DNA from: Azolla caroliniana
Taxonomy: Eukaryota; Plantae; Polypodiophyta
Reading direction: 5' to 3'
DNA length: 64,000 nt
NCBI GenBank assembly: GCA_043228905.1
Contig: JBHGNT010000007.1
Coordinates: 20,398,001 to 20,462,000, forward strand
Shown here: positions 1 through 13,863 of the stretch, one piece after another
How positions within the stretch are numbered: the stretch's first letter is position 1
Layout of the letters: each line of letters opens with the position of its first letter
Notes under the pieces: model-generated
What the model was told of the DNA's origin: nothing
The model's database searches: none
The model's input: the letters and a program-made list of their open reading frames with translations, nothing else
Made by a program: the position numbers and the translations under genes

Positions 1-702
1 ACTGCTTCACGTCTTGTGTGGGCGAACAACTTCTAAGCTACATTCGGGATGCAAAAACACCGAAAGATGCTTGGGGAAATCTGAAGAAGATTTTCGCCGC
101 AAGCACTACAGCCAGAAAGCTTCAACTCTGACATGAGTTGAGCAACCTACGACACCATGATTTGTCGGTGGCTGATTACACCTCGAAGATCAAAGATATA
201 TGCGACTCCTTAGCCTCCATCGATGTGAACGTCGAGGAAGGGGAGATCGTGCAGATCTGTCTCGGGGGACTGGCGTCGAAGTTCTGAGCGTTCCGAACTG
301 TTGTGTGTACGCGGGAGAATATGTCGTCGTTTTTCGACTTACAGTCGATGCTCCTTATAGAGGAGAACCATGCGGGTGCGTCGACGAGCACGCATGCCGA
401 CAACAAGATGCTATACACGGAGGGAGATAGGCCCCGTGGTCGTGGCGGACGAGGTGATCGGGGCGGCCGACGGGATCAAGGAAGAAGGCACTGAAGTGAT
501 GCCACATCAATTCCGGAATCAGCATGGGAAATCCGCTACGGAATGCTGGTACTGTGGCAAGAAAGGCCACAAGGAGAGCGAGTGATGGAAAAAGCGCGCC
601 AATTCGGAGAGAACCGGGTCCAGATCAAGTTCCGGACAGACCGACAAAGGAAATCGGCAGCGATCGCACTACGCCAAAGGATCCGGAAAAGGGTCAGTCT
701 TC

Positions 703-3700
703 GTGACGAGACACGAAGCAAACTTGATGAAGAAGATCACCCCGAAGTCTAACGAGGTGTGGTACGTCGACTCCGGCACATCAAACCACATGACGTGCCA
801 CAAGGAGTGGTTCTCGTACCTAGAAAAACCGATGCAACTGGGAGTAGTTGCAACCGGAGACGACACTCTGCATCCGATCGCGAATGTTGGTGAGGTTCCC
901 CTGAGCCATGTCGGGCAGAAAGGGAAACCTATGAATGTGTTACACGTCCCGACACTCACGAAGAATCTGGTGTCGGTCAGGCAGATCGTCGACCAGGGGA
1001 TGCAAGTCTAGTTCACGCATCTCGGGTGCTTCATCGAAGAAGAAGGCCAAGTTATTGCACAAGGGCGCAGAGACGGGATGATGTTTATCCTTGACTCTAG
1101 TGACGGTGGCACCACAATGTTCACGAAAGGATAAAAAGTCGAGTCAGATATCGACTTATGGCACAAGCAGATAGGCCACGTCAACTATCAATGGCTTCAG
1201 GACCTGCAATCGAAACAAGTGGTGTTCAGATTGCCCAAATTTAGTGGCCGAAAGGCACGAATTTGTGAAGCCTGCCAACTCGGGAAGCAAGAACGACTTC
1301 CTTTCCCTAACGAGCATAACCGGAGCCGGAACAAGCTCGACTTGATACATTCCGATGTATGGGGGCCGACACAGAATGTTAGTCTTGGCGGGAGTCGATA
1401 TTTTGTCTCCTTCATCGACGACTATACGCGGCACACATGGATCTATCTCATCGAGAAGAAGAGTGAAGTCTTCAATTGTTTCCTGGACCTCAAAGGGTTT
1501 GTGGAAACGGAAACAGGAAGGCAGATCAAGTGCTTGCGGTCGGATGGCGGAAAAGAATACTTTTCCGGTTAATTCAATGGCTATCTACAACAGATGGGAA
1601 TTCAGCGCGAATTCAGTTGTAGATACACGCCGGAGCAAAACGGCGTGGCCGAGAGGAAGAACCGGTCCATTGTAGAAGTGGCACGGGCAATGTTGGAGGA
1701 GAAGAGCTTGCCCAATTTCTATTGGGCCGAGGCGGTACGAACTGTAGTATACATCCAGAATCGGATTGGAGACAAAGTGTCAGCGCATGAGCAGTATTTC
1801 AGAAGGAAGCCGAATCTACGACACTTGAGAGTTTTCGGTAGCATTGCGTATGTGCATGTACCGAAGGAGAAACGGAGGAAGTTGGACGCAAAAGCCAAGA
1901 AGTGTATGTTGGTCGGCTACTTGGACAAGCAGAAGGGTTATAAGTGTTATAACCCTCACACCAAACAAGCACGCGTGAGCCGTGACGTTATGTTTGATGA
2001 GTCCGTGTCCTGGTACTTGCCTCCGACTCTGAACCTCACCTCAAATCCAAGTTCTGATGATGAGGTCAGTGAGGCTGAGGTGCCTCCGGATGAGCCTGAA
2101 ATCTAGACCCGCGAAGAGAGTCCGATTTCGTTTCGGTTAAGCGGACCAGATGTACGACTGAGTCGGTTCGACAAGTCCGATGAAGAGCCAGCGAGTAGTG
2201 GAGACTCGGCCGTACACTCCCTGCGCAGGGAGCCGAGGAGACGGTTTACGTGCAAAGAAAAAGGGAAGACGAAGGTGTCGGATTACGGCACGGATAGGAA
2301 TGAGTCGGATCGACACAAGTTCGACTCTGAGAGAAGTGACGGCAGGTCTTCGAGACCGAAGTCCGCGTCGGCCAAGAAAGCGTCAACTTTGGCTAATGAG
2401 CAATTGCGCCGATCAACCCGGCAGAAGAACCCTGTTGTGCGGTTTGGTTACAACGAGTACATGGCGCATCACTATGCGTACATGACACGTGTAGCGGAAG
2501 TGTGTGAGCCGGAGAGCTACGCCGAAGCGGTGAAGGATGCGAATTGGCGTGCCGCAATGGAGGAAGAGATGCGCGCATTGGCGGAAAATGAAACCTGGGA
2601 CCTGGTTGATGCACCAAAAGGTGTGAAGCCGATCGGATGTAGGTGGGTGTACAAGATCAAGTACAACACAGACGACTTAGCCAACCGATACAAGGCCCGG
2701 TTAGTAGCGAAAGGCTACGCACAGAAACACAGAATCGACTACGATGAGACGTTTGCGCCGGTCGCGAAGATGACGACCATCCGTGTTTTGCTCGCAGTCG
2801 CTGCGGCAAAGGGGTGGCATTTACATTAGATGGATGTAAGGAATGCATTCCTGCAAGGTGAGCTTGAGGAGCAAGTGTACATGGTACAACCCCCCGGATT
2901 TCACTCCGGAACAAACACTTCGGCAGTGTGCCGATTGAAGAAGTCCCTTTACGGACTAAAGCAAGCCCCACGTGCCTAGAACGCGAAGATCACGCAACGA
3001 TTGCATCGGATGGGCTTTGTGACGTCAAATCAGACTCCTCACTGTTCATCCGTAAAGGTCGACTCGGGCCGGTTAGTATTTTACTTTATGTTGATGACTT
3101 GGTCATCACTGACGCTGACCTAGGTGAGATAGACCGCGTGAAGCTCTAGCTCGCGGCATCATTCGACATGAAGGATCTGGGGGACCTTCATTACTTCCTC
3201 AAGATCGAAGTGATCCGTACCCCCGAAGGCATCTTGATCAGCCAATGTCATTACGCGCTGAATATGCTCTTCAAATTCGGGATGGCCGACTGTAAGTCCG
3301 TCTCGACTCCTCTGGATAGAACCTCAAGCTTCGCCCCGATTCTGGAAAGGTATGCGACCCGACGAGGTTCCGATAGATAGTCGGAAGCCTTATATACTTG
3401 ACCATCACCCGACCAGATCTCAACTACTCGGTCGGGGCGATTAGTCAATTCATGGCGCGACCGACTGAGGAGCACCTTCAGTACGCACAACACGTACTCC
3501 GGTACGTCAGTGGCACTAAGGACCGGGGGCTACTATATCGGGCCGATACTGCCGCGCAGTTGGCCGGTTACACCGATGCTGATTGGGCCGGAAACGCCGG
3601 CGATTGCCGATCGACGTCCGCTTTCGCGTTCTCTTTCAGGAGTGCCGCGATCGCGTGGAGTAGCAAGAAGCAACCGACAATTGCGTTGTTGAGCATCGAA

Positions 3701-4492
3701 GCCGAGTATAGAGGAGTAGCTGTCGCGACATGCGAAGCCATATGGTTGAAGTGGCTACTTAAGGATCTGCAGGTGGAGGTACCCGATCCAATGTCAATCT
3801 ACTGCGACAACCTCAGCAGCATCCAGCTAGCTAAGAACCTTGTCTTCCACACCCAGACTTAGCACATTGAGGTGCACTACCATTTCTTCTGTGAGCGTGT
3901 CCTCTCTGGTGAAGTCGAACTTCAGTAAGTTCCAACGGATCGACAAAACGCCGACATCTTCACTAAACCTATTGGTCTGGACAAGTTGCGGCAATTCTTG
4001 GGTGCGCTTGGGTTGCGTCACCTCGACGTGTCGAACTTGAGGGGGAGAGACGTTCCGGAAGACGAAGACCGCGACGTCGAATCGGATGACGAATTCGAAT
4101 TCGGACCGGCTGAAGAAGCCGAGGGCGGACCCGCGGAAGATTCCGAAAGCGGACATAAGGGGAGCAGTCGAAAGAAAGAGCCAAAACCAACCAAGGGCGA
4201 GAAGACCGAGGACGGGTTGGAGACAACCAACTCAGACGAGAGCGAAAACCAATCGGAGGAAGCCGAGTCGGTTCGGATGTTTGATTCGGATACGTTGAAT
4301 CAACCAAGGGCCAAGCAGAAGAGAAGGCAGCAGAAGAGGCGCCAACACCGCAACAACAAGGAAGCTGAGAAAGGCTGTGTGAGCAGACATGCCGACCGAA
4401 ATGGTCGAGGTGCGCGGAATCGAACGGGTCGAGGAGCGCGAGCGAGGCGTGAAGCTAGAAGGAACCAAAGAGCAGATGCAACCACAAGTTGA
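703..4492 (+). pseudogene. copia pol (PR-IN-RT-RH) with ~150-aa acidic/basic C-terminal extension, disrupted
   Basis: ORF fragments 703-1011, 1219-1572, 1594-2106, 2275-2829, 3168-3380, 3398-3862 and 3986-4492, broken by point stops and frameshifts. Confidence 0.9.
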
Positions 4493-4505
4493 GCTTGAGG
4501 TGGAG

Positions 4506-4826
4506 TGTTGAGATACAAGCTCAACATTGGTTGGATCGGTTATGCAAGCCGAGAACCGGATCGATTGGGGCCGATCAGTTAGGTTGGACTGGTGCATAAA
4601 ACGGGTGCGTAAACCAGTATGCAAACCGGCGGTGCGTAAACCGCGAGGCCGTTGGAAAGATATTCTGCGTAGGAATATATTTTGGGAGTTAGCGTAGAGC
4701 TCAGTTATGAGCATTGAAGTACGTGTCAGTACTTTTGTCAGTCCGTATGGACTTGTATAAAAGTGCTCACTGAGCACGTCCTATGTACAGATTGAGTATT
4801 ATTTTGAATCGAGGTTTTCTCTGTGT

Positions 4827-4864
<38 letters not shown>

Positions 4865-4950
4865 GTGTACTTTGCATATACGAGCTCTCCATTAAACCTG
4901 TGTATTTTGTGTGTTCGATTTCATATCGCTTCCGCACGCTAATCTTCACA
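4506..4950 (+). repeat. 3' LTR of copia #1
   Basis: Starts TGTTGAG directly after the purine tract, ends TCTTCACA; TATAAAA at ~4756; (CT)n at ~4829-4862. Confidence 0.85.
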
Positions 4951-6249
4951 ATTTGGGGGTGGCCGGTGTGGTTTGAGCATACTTAAAAGTTAAATCATTA
5001 TTTTCTTAATCTAATTTATTGCTTATCATTAGTATAAGCTTCGTCTTTTCTTGTTGCTCTTCTCTCTAGATTGCACACAATCTGCTTATCATTGTAGATC
5101 TTTGCTCAAATTTTTGTGTTGTGCAAAAACTCTTGCTAACCCCTAAAGGTCTACTTTAACCATAATTCATGTGATGGTTTATTAGTCAGTCTTTAACCTC
5201 TATTGAGTATGGTTACCTCCGACAAAAGAATTTCCTTGATATTCCTTGAAATTATTGAGTATGTCCTCAAATCATGGTAGCCAAAGATACAAACTTTGAT
5301 GCTACTAGTTATTTTTAATGGCACCATGCTTATGTGAGAACCAACGTTGTAGTAGAAGCTTCTAGAGTTAGAACGTCTTAATGGGAAAGATGAATAAAGA
5401 ATAAGACAAAGATTCATAATATGGAGTTTGATGCTTTCAAATCTAGTCCCACTTCCGAAGAGACATATTAATGAAACTGACTAGACGTCTCTAATGGGAT
5501 ACAAACCTCCCAAAACTTATTAATATATTCTTCTAGATTTTGACAATGTCCTCCATCCAAGATGTGCCAATTTGTCATGACAATATGTAAAGAAAACTTA
5601 TTCGAGTTGAACAAATGAAAGACTAAACCTTGCATCAACAACATGATTCACCACTATTGTGCATTATCCTTCAAGAAAAGTGGTGGTTTTCCATAGGTAT
5701 GAGGATTCAATGAAATTCCACCTTTGTATGTGCTACATCAAATTTGTTATCTAAAGGTTTCAAACTTTAAATTCTATACACATTCCCACATAAACCTTTT
5801 GTTTTTTTTAAGGCTAAAACAAGTCATAGATATATGCTTATGAAATTAAATTTCCACTATGTACCATTTATAAGTCAATTGGAGCTACCTATAAATTGTT
5901 GAGGAAACCACAATGTCCTATATGAGCTCCAATGTTTCCAAATGGCATTGAAATTCGACTTGCATTATCCTAATATGTTTCTATATAGGGTTGTATGTGT
6001 TGATCCCGTTCCGATTACAAACCATTTCCAAAGTAATAAGTTCAACATATAATGATGAAAATGTTAAAAAAAGCAATATTCTCACTGCTATATCAATTCA
6101 ACGAAGTGTTTTGCAAGTCTTGAGTTTTATATCAACTTTTTTTATTATGTTCATAACGTTTAAATATTTGTCTTAAACTTGTCTCATCCTTCTCGTTGTT
6201 ACAATAAACTTACTATCTTTGAACAAAAACCACTAGAAACATGTCATAC

Positions 6250-9200
6250 TTTCCTTTTCTTCTTTTTTTCCAAAGAAGAATATACTCCATTAGTTAAAAT
6301 GACATACAATACACAACTTTAGACATTACCTACTTCCATATGGGCTACATCACTTATTTATCTTACACTAAATAGCCCACATGTTTGTCGTGTCATTCAC
6401 GCCCCTCTATCATCTAATGGGAGGGGGGAACAACCATCTCAGTACTACGTACTGCCATCGTATATCCACTCCAATTTTTGTAGCCATCGGTGTAGTACAC
6501 CATCGTTTTCTTAAATTCAGCCTCATTATATCTGAAGCATCATATGTTCCATCAATCCGCTCATATTGGGCCCTCAATGTAGTTATTAACATGTGCCATA
6601 TTAGCTTAATAAATTCTACTGGAGGCCGTTTGTTTGCTGAAAATACCCTAGTACATCTTGCGGTCCAAATGTTCCATATGATAATGGGTGCTAGCAACAT
6701 CCATAGATCTTCAATTTTCTGCTTCTGGGCATTACTTCTAGGTGCACTGTTACTAGCGATCAATCGAATAGTTCCATTCTCCCCTCTGTACATAGTTGTA
6801 CATGTGCTATCAAATTTCTCTACGTCGTCATCAAGAAAATTCCAACAAACATGTCCCCAATTGAGGGTAAATGAGCTAGGGGCATGGCAAAGCAATCGTA
6901 ATGCCCTTCTCCATACAACCGTAGCCTCATGACATTCCCAGAGACAATGGGAAATGCTTTCTAGTTGTCCACATGCGCTACATCTTGGGTCTACATTGGG
7001 GCCTTTAGCCCACACCCCTACTGGCAAGGCTCTATGCACAATAAGCCATAAGCACATCATTATCTTGCGGTCACTGCTGTCATGCCATATCATTTTCTAG
7101 AATTTAGCTAATCTCCTTTCACTAATGCCCTCTTGTATCCAAAATTTACGAGCTACAATATCTTGGTGTTCTTGTTTTAGGATAATTTGCCTCTCGATTT
7201 TCGTGTTGTACCTGAAAAATTGCACCAACTTGGCACCATCACTTTGACCTTGAGTTTTCCAGAAATACATCGTGGGGTCCCATGATAGCTTATTTGAATG
7301 CCCTTCTATCGACTAACACATTGTCGTTGGTTTGAGCTCACTCGGCTTGGGGTAAACTATCATAGCCTTTCCATTTTTTGCAAGCAACCTAATCGGCCTT
7401 TTAGTTTGATAGGCTGGTTGCTCACATATTACCCTTCTATGCTCTATTTTGTAGTAGCATGCCTCATTAGAACCGACTTTCGCTCCCTTAATTCCAATTA
7501 GATAATTTTCAGCATCGATAAGTCCTGTCCATTCCATTTCAGAGGGACTTATGGCTGCATCTTCCAAGATTTGCCCGCTACGTGCAAAGGCATATGTAAT
7601 CCTCATTAGCATGCATTTACCCCTGTTTATCCTCCATATTCTAGCCTTTTGAGTCCCCACATCATTACATAGAAATCTCTTCCAATCTGCCAATATATTC
7701 CCTTGGGTATTGATTAAATTGGCCCATTTGAAGCCTGCTTTTTGTCCTATCATCAGCCCATCCACATCTCTAATTAATGGGTTCCAAACAATAGGCATGT
7801 ACATTCGAGCATATGCATCATTTCTCCACCTACAAACGATTCCCTTTCTTATTCCATTCCATGCCTTTATAATTCCAATAGCACATATACTCTGTGTACA
7901 TCCCCAGTATTTGGGTCGCATTTTAGGCGCAAACCCCCAGAAAGTGCTACTTGTCCAACTTCCACCATGTCTTAGCAACCACATCTTCCATTTGCGTCGC
8001 CAGAGAATTTTCCAAGGTGCCTCAGGTGGTTGCAACCTCCTGACCACCAATTTGCCTAACAAGGCCTTCGTTTGCACCACAGGATCTATTAGTCCCACCC
8101 CACCTTCACTTTTATCTTTTATGAGTGTAGTCCATGCAACCTTTGCACAAGCATGTTTTTCCTCAGTGCCCCCCCATAAGAAATTTCTGATCAACCTTTT
8201 TATCAATTTCATCAACTTGGGTGTGATTATCCAACATGCCGTAGTATGCCATATTGTGGCCATTAGAACCTGATTTGCAATCCCAATCTTGGTTGCAAAG
8301 GATAGTTTTCTTGCATTCCACCATATTAACTTCGCTTTTATTTTGTCCACAGGCAGAGTGTAGTGTTCTGAGCGATCAATGTCCATCCCGATTTTGAAAC
8401 CCAAGTATCTAGTAGCTTCTCCTCTCCTCAACCATCTGAAATTAGGGTCTGGAGCCCAATTTACCACAGGCTTATTGCTAATCCAAATGCCCACTGATTT
8501 ATTCCAGTTTATATTCGCACCCGACCCCCTACAAAACTCATTTATTGCACTTTGTAGTTTGTCCAAGTTGTTTGCATCCCCCTTAACATAGATTGTTGTA
8601 TCATCAACATATTCTGTATCAAGCATCATTCCTGCATCCTCGGGTAGGGGACGACCTTGTATTTGCCAATATCTATCACTAATCTGATAATGCAATGCTT
8701 CCGCTGCAATAATGAATAGGTACGGGGCCAATGGGCATCCTTGGCGTACCAATGGTGTCATCCTAAAGCTCTTCCCCAAGCTTCCAGCCATTAAAACCTG
8801 GCTGGAAGCATCCCTATAAAAGGCAGCCAATCCAAGAATCCATTGCTGCTCGAAGCCTAGGGCATCCATCACTGCTTCTAGGAATTCCCATGAGATCCTG
8901 TCATATGCTTTTTCGAAATCGAGTAACATTACTGCTAGGTCCACTCCTTGCTCCTCTATCCATGCTGAATACTCCTAGAAAGTTATCACATTGTCAACAA
9001 TGCTCCGGTTTTCGAGGAAGCCAGTTTGCGTTGTATGTATTATGTCCCCTAGGACTGTTTTCAATCAACTACTTACAACTTTAGCCATGATCTTATAGGC
9101 ATTAGTGAGAATCTTCAAAGGTCGCCAATTATCAAGCAGAGTTAGATCTTTCCCATCCTTGGGAATTAAATAAATCATTCCTCGACACATTGTCGGAGGC

Positions 9201-9949
9201 ATTAAACCTTCAGCCATAATGTATTGCATCCCTTCCAACATGTCATCCTTAATTAGATCCCAATATTTGATGTAAAAATATATAGGGATTACATCAATGC
9301 CTGCACAACTTTGTTTGTTCATATCTGAAATTGCATCCCACAATTCTTGTATACAAATAGGGGTATTTAGACAGTTCATCATCTGAGCTGAAACTCTCTT
9401 CGGTATCCTGTTTATTATATTTCTAAAGGCATCCTGCTCAATATGTTCCTCGTTGCATACATTCAGTAGTTGCATATAATAGCTCGTGGCCATTTCAAGC
9501 ATTTCCTCCGCGCACATGGTCATTGTGCCATCTGTCTTTTTCAAACATGAAGGTTGGGTCCTGGAGCCTTTGCATTTTATACCTTCAAAAAAACCTTTCG
9601 TAACACGGTCTCCTACCCTCATCCAATTTACTGCTTTACTACGATAGGCATTAGTAGTCCTTAGTTTCTGATACATATCCAGTTTGCATTTTGCCTCCTC
9701 TAGTTGGGCCGCAATCCATACATTATTCGGGTATTGTTCTCTTAGTCGCTGCATAGAAGCAAGTGTCAATTGCATTCTCTGTAGTTTCTCCTTCATCTCC
9801 TTTCTAATTTCAGTTACTTTCTTCCGAGAGAAACATGCACATTCCTCAATTTTCCCAACCAGCCTATGAGCGGGATCATGATACATCCATTTTACATTAG
9901 ACCATAGTCTTCTTATATCATTAGTCCATTTATTGTCCATGACCAACTC
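6250..9949 (-). mobile_element. L1-clade LINE, ORF2 portion (RT + zf-RVT), cut at its 5' side by copia #2
   Basis: ORFs 9065-9946 (NWRPL), 7313-8944 (LDFEKAYDRISW, VRQGCPLAPYLF, EYVDD, RYLG) and 6410-7093 (CSAC..ESISHCLWEC, C-terminal WLFPP); T-rich tract at ~6250-6269 is the likely poly(A) tail. Confidence 0.93.
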
Positions 9950-10338
9950 TGTTGAGAATCAAGCTCAACTTGGTCTAGTGTGTGAACTCACCTTGAGAGT
10001 AAATAGACACTCCAACGGTCAAGAGTCACCACTATGTCACCACTTTGTATTCTAGCATTTAGTATGAGTCATAGATTCATATTCTATGACACATAACTTA
10101 TGAGCTTTCACATTCCCCATGCTCCATGAGTCTTGTAGTTAATGAAGAGAGAGGGTGACTATATAAAGCATCCTCCTCCCACTTTGTATAATGTTGAGTC
10201 TTTCTCCTTTGTTAATATACTCTTACCTTGCGTATTCTCTATGTCTTATTCCTTGTCTCCCTCACTCTCTCTCTCTCTCATACACACACATAACTCATAT
10301 CTCTTCCGCTTCACAAGAATCATATCCGATTCTTTATA
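9950..10338 (+). repeat. 5' LTR of copia #2
   Basis: TGTTGAG start; near-identical to 13864-14242; followed by a tRNA-iMet-type PBS. Confidence 0.93.
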
Positions 10339-10350
10339 TGGTATCAAAGC
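10339..10350 (+). promoter_or_regulatory. primer binding site, tRNA-iMet type
   Basis: TGGTATCAAAGC versus canonical TGGTATCAGAGC, directly after the LTR. Confidence 0.88.
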
Positions 10351-10500
10351 GATTTGGTAGCTCGATCTAGCCCATTCGCCTCATCGTGATCGTGTATTGT
10401 GCTCCACGCCGACGACCAAGAACCGGCTCATCGCTATCGTAGCTTCGCTATATAGCTCGCATTTGAAGAGAGAAGAAGAAGAAGAAAAAGAATTGACATA

Positions 10501-13500
10501 ATGAATACTCAAATGGGGAGTGCTCTCCCTACCGAGAAGTTGGATCGAAACAACTTCGCATCTTGGGAGTACAAGATGCACCAATACCTTGTCGGACAAG
10601 GCTATTGGAGCTACATCAAAGGAGCGCACGAAGACCGACCCGTCGAAGCGGCTTCCGGATACGCGACATGGGAGCAAGTCGCAAGCCGAGTAATGTATTG
10701 CTTGGTGACATGTGTTCACGACCACATGCTCAGTTACATTCGAGAAGCCGAGACGCCGAAGGAAGCGTGGGAAAATCTATGAAAGATTTTTGCCACCAAC
10801 ACGACCGTGAGGAAGCTTCAACTTCGTCAAGAGTTGAACAACATCCAACAACGGGACATGTCTATCATGACATACACCTTGAAGATCAAGGAGCTTTGTG
10901 ACTCGCTCAGCTCGATAAGCGTAAATATCAATGATGATGAGATGGTGCAAATATGCCTCGGCGGCCTCGCACCACGGTTCGGCGCGATGCGAACCGCCGT
11001 TCTAGGACGGGAGAAATCTCCCTCCTTCTTCGAGCTCCAATCAATGCTATTGGTCGAAGAAAACCACGTGCATACAAGGAGCAATGAGTCGAAAGGCCAC
11101 ATGCTCTACACGCACTCGAACGGAGGAAGAGGACGCGGATGAGCGAGAGGCCAATTCAACCAAGGACAAGGCGGACGAGGGCCAATCTATGACAACAACT
11201 CCCAATTTCGGCCAAAAAATGGAAGCCAAAGAGGAACCTTCACAAGAAGGGGGAGCTTCCACTCCGGCCTGAGCCATCAAAATGCAACCGAATGCGGATA
11301 TTGCGGAAAGCTCGGCCACCACGACGAAGAGTGCCGAAAGAAGATGCGTGAATCGGCTTCCACAAGCCGACAACTCACAAATTACGCGCACAATTCCGAC
11401 TACGAAGAGTATAGCAGAATGTACGGGCACAACTCCGACTACGAAGATCGTGGCGGAATGTACGGGCACAACCCCGACTACGAAGATCATGGCGGAATGT
11501 ATGCACACAACTCCGACCGTGGCGGAATGTACGAGCACAACTCCGACTACGAAGATCGTAGCGGAATGTATGCACATTACTTTGACCGTGGCGGAATGTT
11601 CATGATGAAACATAGAGCAAACTCTATGTCGGCCGTTACCTCAACTAGTGCCTCTGGTCCGGAAGACGTATGGTTCGTCGATTCCGGTGCCTCGAACCAC
11701 ATGACATCGCATCAAGAATGGTTCAGAGAACTTCGAGAGCCAGACCGACCCGGCTATGTTGAAACCGGAGACGACACTACGCACTCGATTCAGCACATCG
11801 GCAATGTTCCGTTCGGAAAAGAAGGTAAGCAAAATTACATTAAAAATGTCTTGCATGTACCGACCATTATGAAGAATTTGGTCTCCGTCGACCAAATTGT
11901 AGAGCAAGGGATGCAAGTTCTATTTAATCAAGGCGGTTGTTTCATCGAAAAACAAGGCCGACTCATCGCAGGTGGACGAAAAGAGGGCCGAATGTTCATT
12001 CTCGACTCACACGAGATGAAATCGGCCATGTTCGCAAACAACATGAAAGCCGACTCTGACATAGAGCTATGGCACAAGCGAATCGTCCACATCAATCTCA
12101 ACAAACTCAAATCAATGAAATCGAAAGGAGTCGTCATCGGACTCTCGACATTCAAAGAGAAGGAGATTGAAGGTGTATGCAAAGCGTGCCAATTCGGCAA
12201 GCAACACCGACACCCATTCCTGAAAGAGCGGAATGTGAGCAAAGGTCTACTCGACGTAGTCCATTCCGATGTATGGGGACCGGCACAGTCGGCTACATTC
12301 AACGGATGCCGATATTACGTGCTCTTCATCGATGACTTCCCTAGGCACACTTGGATCTACCCGATGCGGCAAAAGAGCGAAGTGTTCGGACACTTCCAAA
12401 AATTCAAGAATGAAGTCGAGAAAGCCACCGGCCGACATGTACGATGCCTTCGATCGGATGGCAGCAATGAGTACTTCTCGGACGATTTCACAACGTATCT
12501 ACGAAAGGAAGGAATTCGGCGAGAATTCACTTGCCGACACACTCCGCAACAAAACGGAGTAGCCGAGCGCAAAAATCGGCACATCCTCGAAGTAGCGCAG
12601 GCCATGATGAATGAGAAGCATATGCCCAAGTCTTATTGGGCCGAAGCTGCAAATACGACCGTCTACCTAATGATCCGGTGCACAACATCCAGCATGCACG
12701 AGGTCACTCCGCACGAAAAATACATCGGAAGGAAGTCGGACTTATCGCACATCCGGATATTCGGCGCGATAGCGTACGTGCACATCCCTGACGAGAAGTG
12801 TCAAAAGCTTGACCTAAAGTCGGAGAAATGTATCCTCGTAGGATACTCATTGGAGCAAAAGGGGTACAAGTGCTACAACCCCTCAACTCGAAAATCTCGA
12901 GTAAGTCGAGATGTCGTTTTTGACGAGTCTGCATCCTGGTACGCACCGGAGAAAACTTCGACTCCGACTCTGCTCGACCAGGAATCCGCCGAACAAGAGA
13001 TCGAGGATGAAGATCGCCCTACGCGCATGATCGAAGAAAGTCCGATCACGACTCGACTAAGCGGACCACAAGAGCCTTTGAGCGATCAAAGCACATCACG
13101 GCCTAGCCCGAAGATGGACAAAGGCAAGGCGAAAATGTCGGAATACGAAGAAGATCGCTTCGACGACGATGAGTCGACTCACTCACTCGACAGTGAGTTC
13201 GGCGGCTTCGATGTACCAACCGGAGCTAAGAAAACCCTCATCTCTGCAAATGAAAAGCTCCGTCGCTCCACCCGTGAAAAGAATCCGGTCACCCGATTCG
13301 GCTACAATGACTACATGGCATATCACTATGCCTTTATGATGAATGTGGCAACAGTACGTGAGCCAGAAACTTTTTCTGAAGCTGCCAAGGATCCGCGATG
13401 GATCAAAGCCATGAACGAGGAGATGCAGGCACTACGCAAGAACGAGATGTGGGATCTCGTTCCCACCTCACCGCACAAAAAGGCGATCGGATGCAGATGG

Positions 13501-13845
13501 ATTTACAAAGTGAAGTACAACGCCGACGGTTCCGTCAACCGTTACAAAGCACGACTCGTAGCGAAAGGCTACGCCCAAACGCACGGAGTTGACTACGAAG
13601 AGACCTTTGCCCCGGTGGCAAAAATGACGACAGTACAGACCGTAATTGCGCTTGCCGCGACGAAAGGGTGGCACCTCCATCAAATGGACGTCAAGAATGC
13701 CTTTCTATAAGGCGAATTAGAAGAAGAGGTGTACATGATACAACCACCTGGCTTCAAATCGAGCACCCATCCGAAAGCTGTATGCCGACGCAAGAAGCCA
13801 CTCTACGGCCTCAAGCAAGCACCGCGTGCTTGGCATTCGAAGATA
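10501..13845 (+). pseudogene. copia #2 gag-pol, disrupted and truncated in RT
   Basis: ORFs 10501-10782, 10807-11142 and 11344-13710 are in one frame, separated by point stops; zinc knuckle CGYCGKLGHHDEEC at ~11293-11335. Confidence 0.92.
11383..11598 (+). repeat. in-frame tandem repeat (6 units of 39 or 30 bp) between Gag zinc knuckle and protease
   Basis: Units encode YAHNSDYEEYSRM / YGHNSDYEDRGGM / YGHNPDYEDHGGM / YAHNSDRGGM / YEHNSDYEDRSGM / YAHYFDRGGM. Confidence 0.95.
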
Positions 13846-13863
13846 CCGTCTGAAACTGACCTG

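Larger units (their letters stand above)
1..4950 (+). mobile_element. Ty1/copia LTR retrotransposon #1, 5' end outside window, decayed (several stops and frameshifts)
   Basis: Gag (KLQL, zinc knuckle CWYCGKKGHKESE), protease WYVDSGTSNHMT, integrase (HSDVWGP, LRSDGGKEY, PEQNGVAERKNR), RT ([17 protein letters not shown]) and RNase H (YTDADWAG, YCDN) in copia order; PPT ~4491-4505; 3' LTR 4506-4950. Confidence 0.96.
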
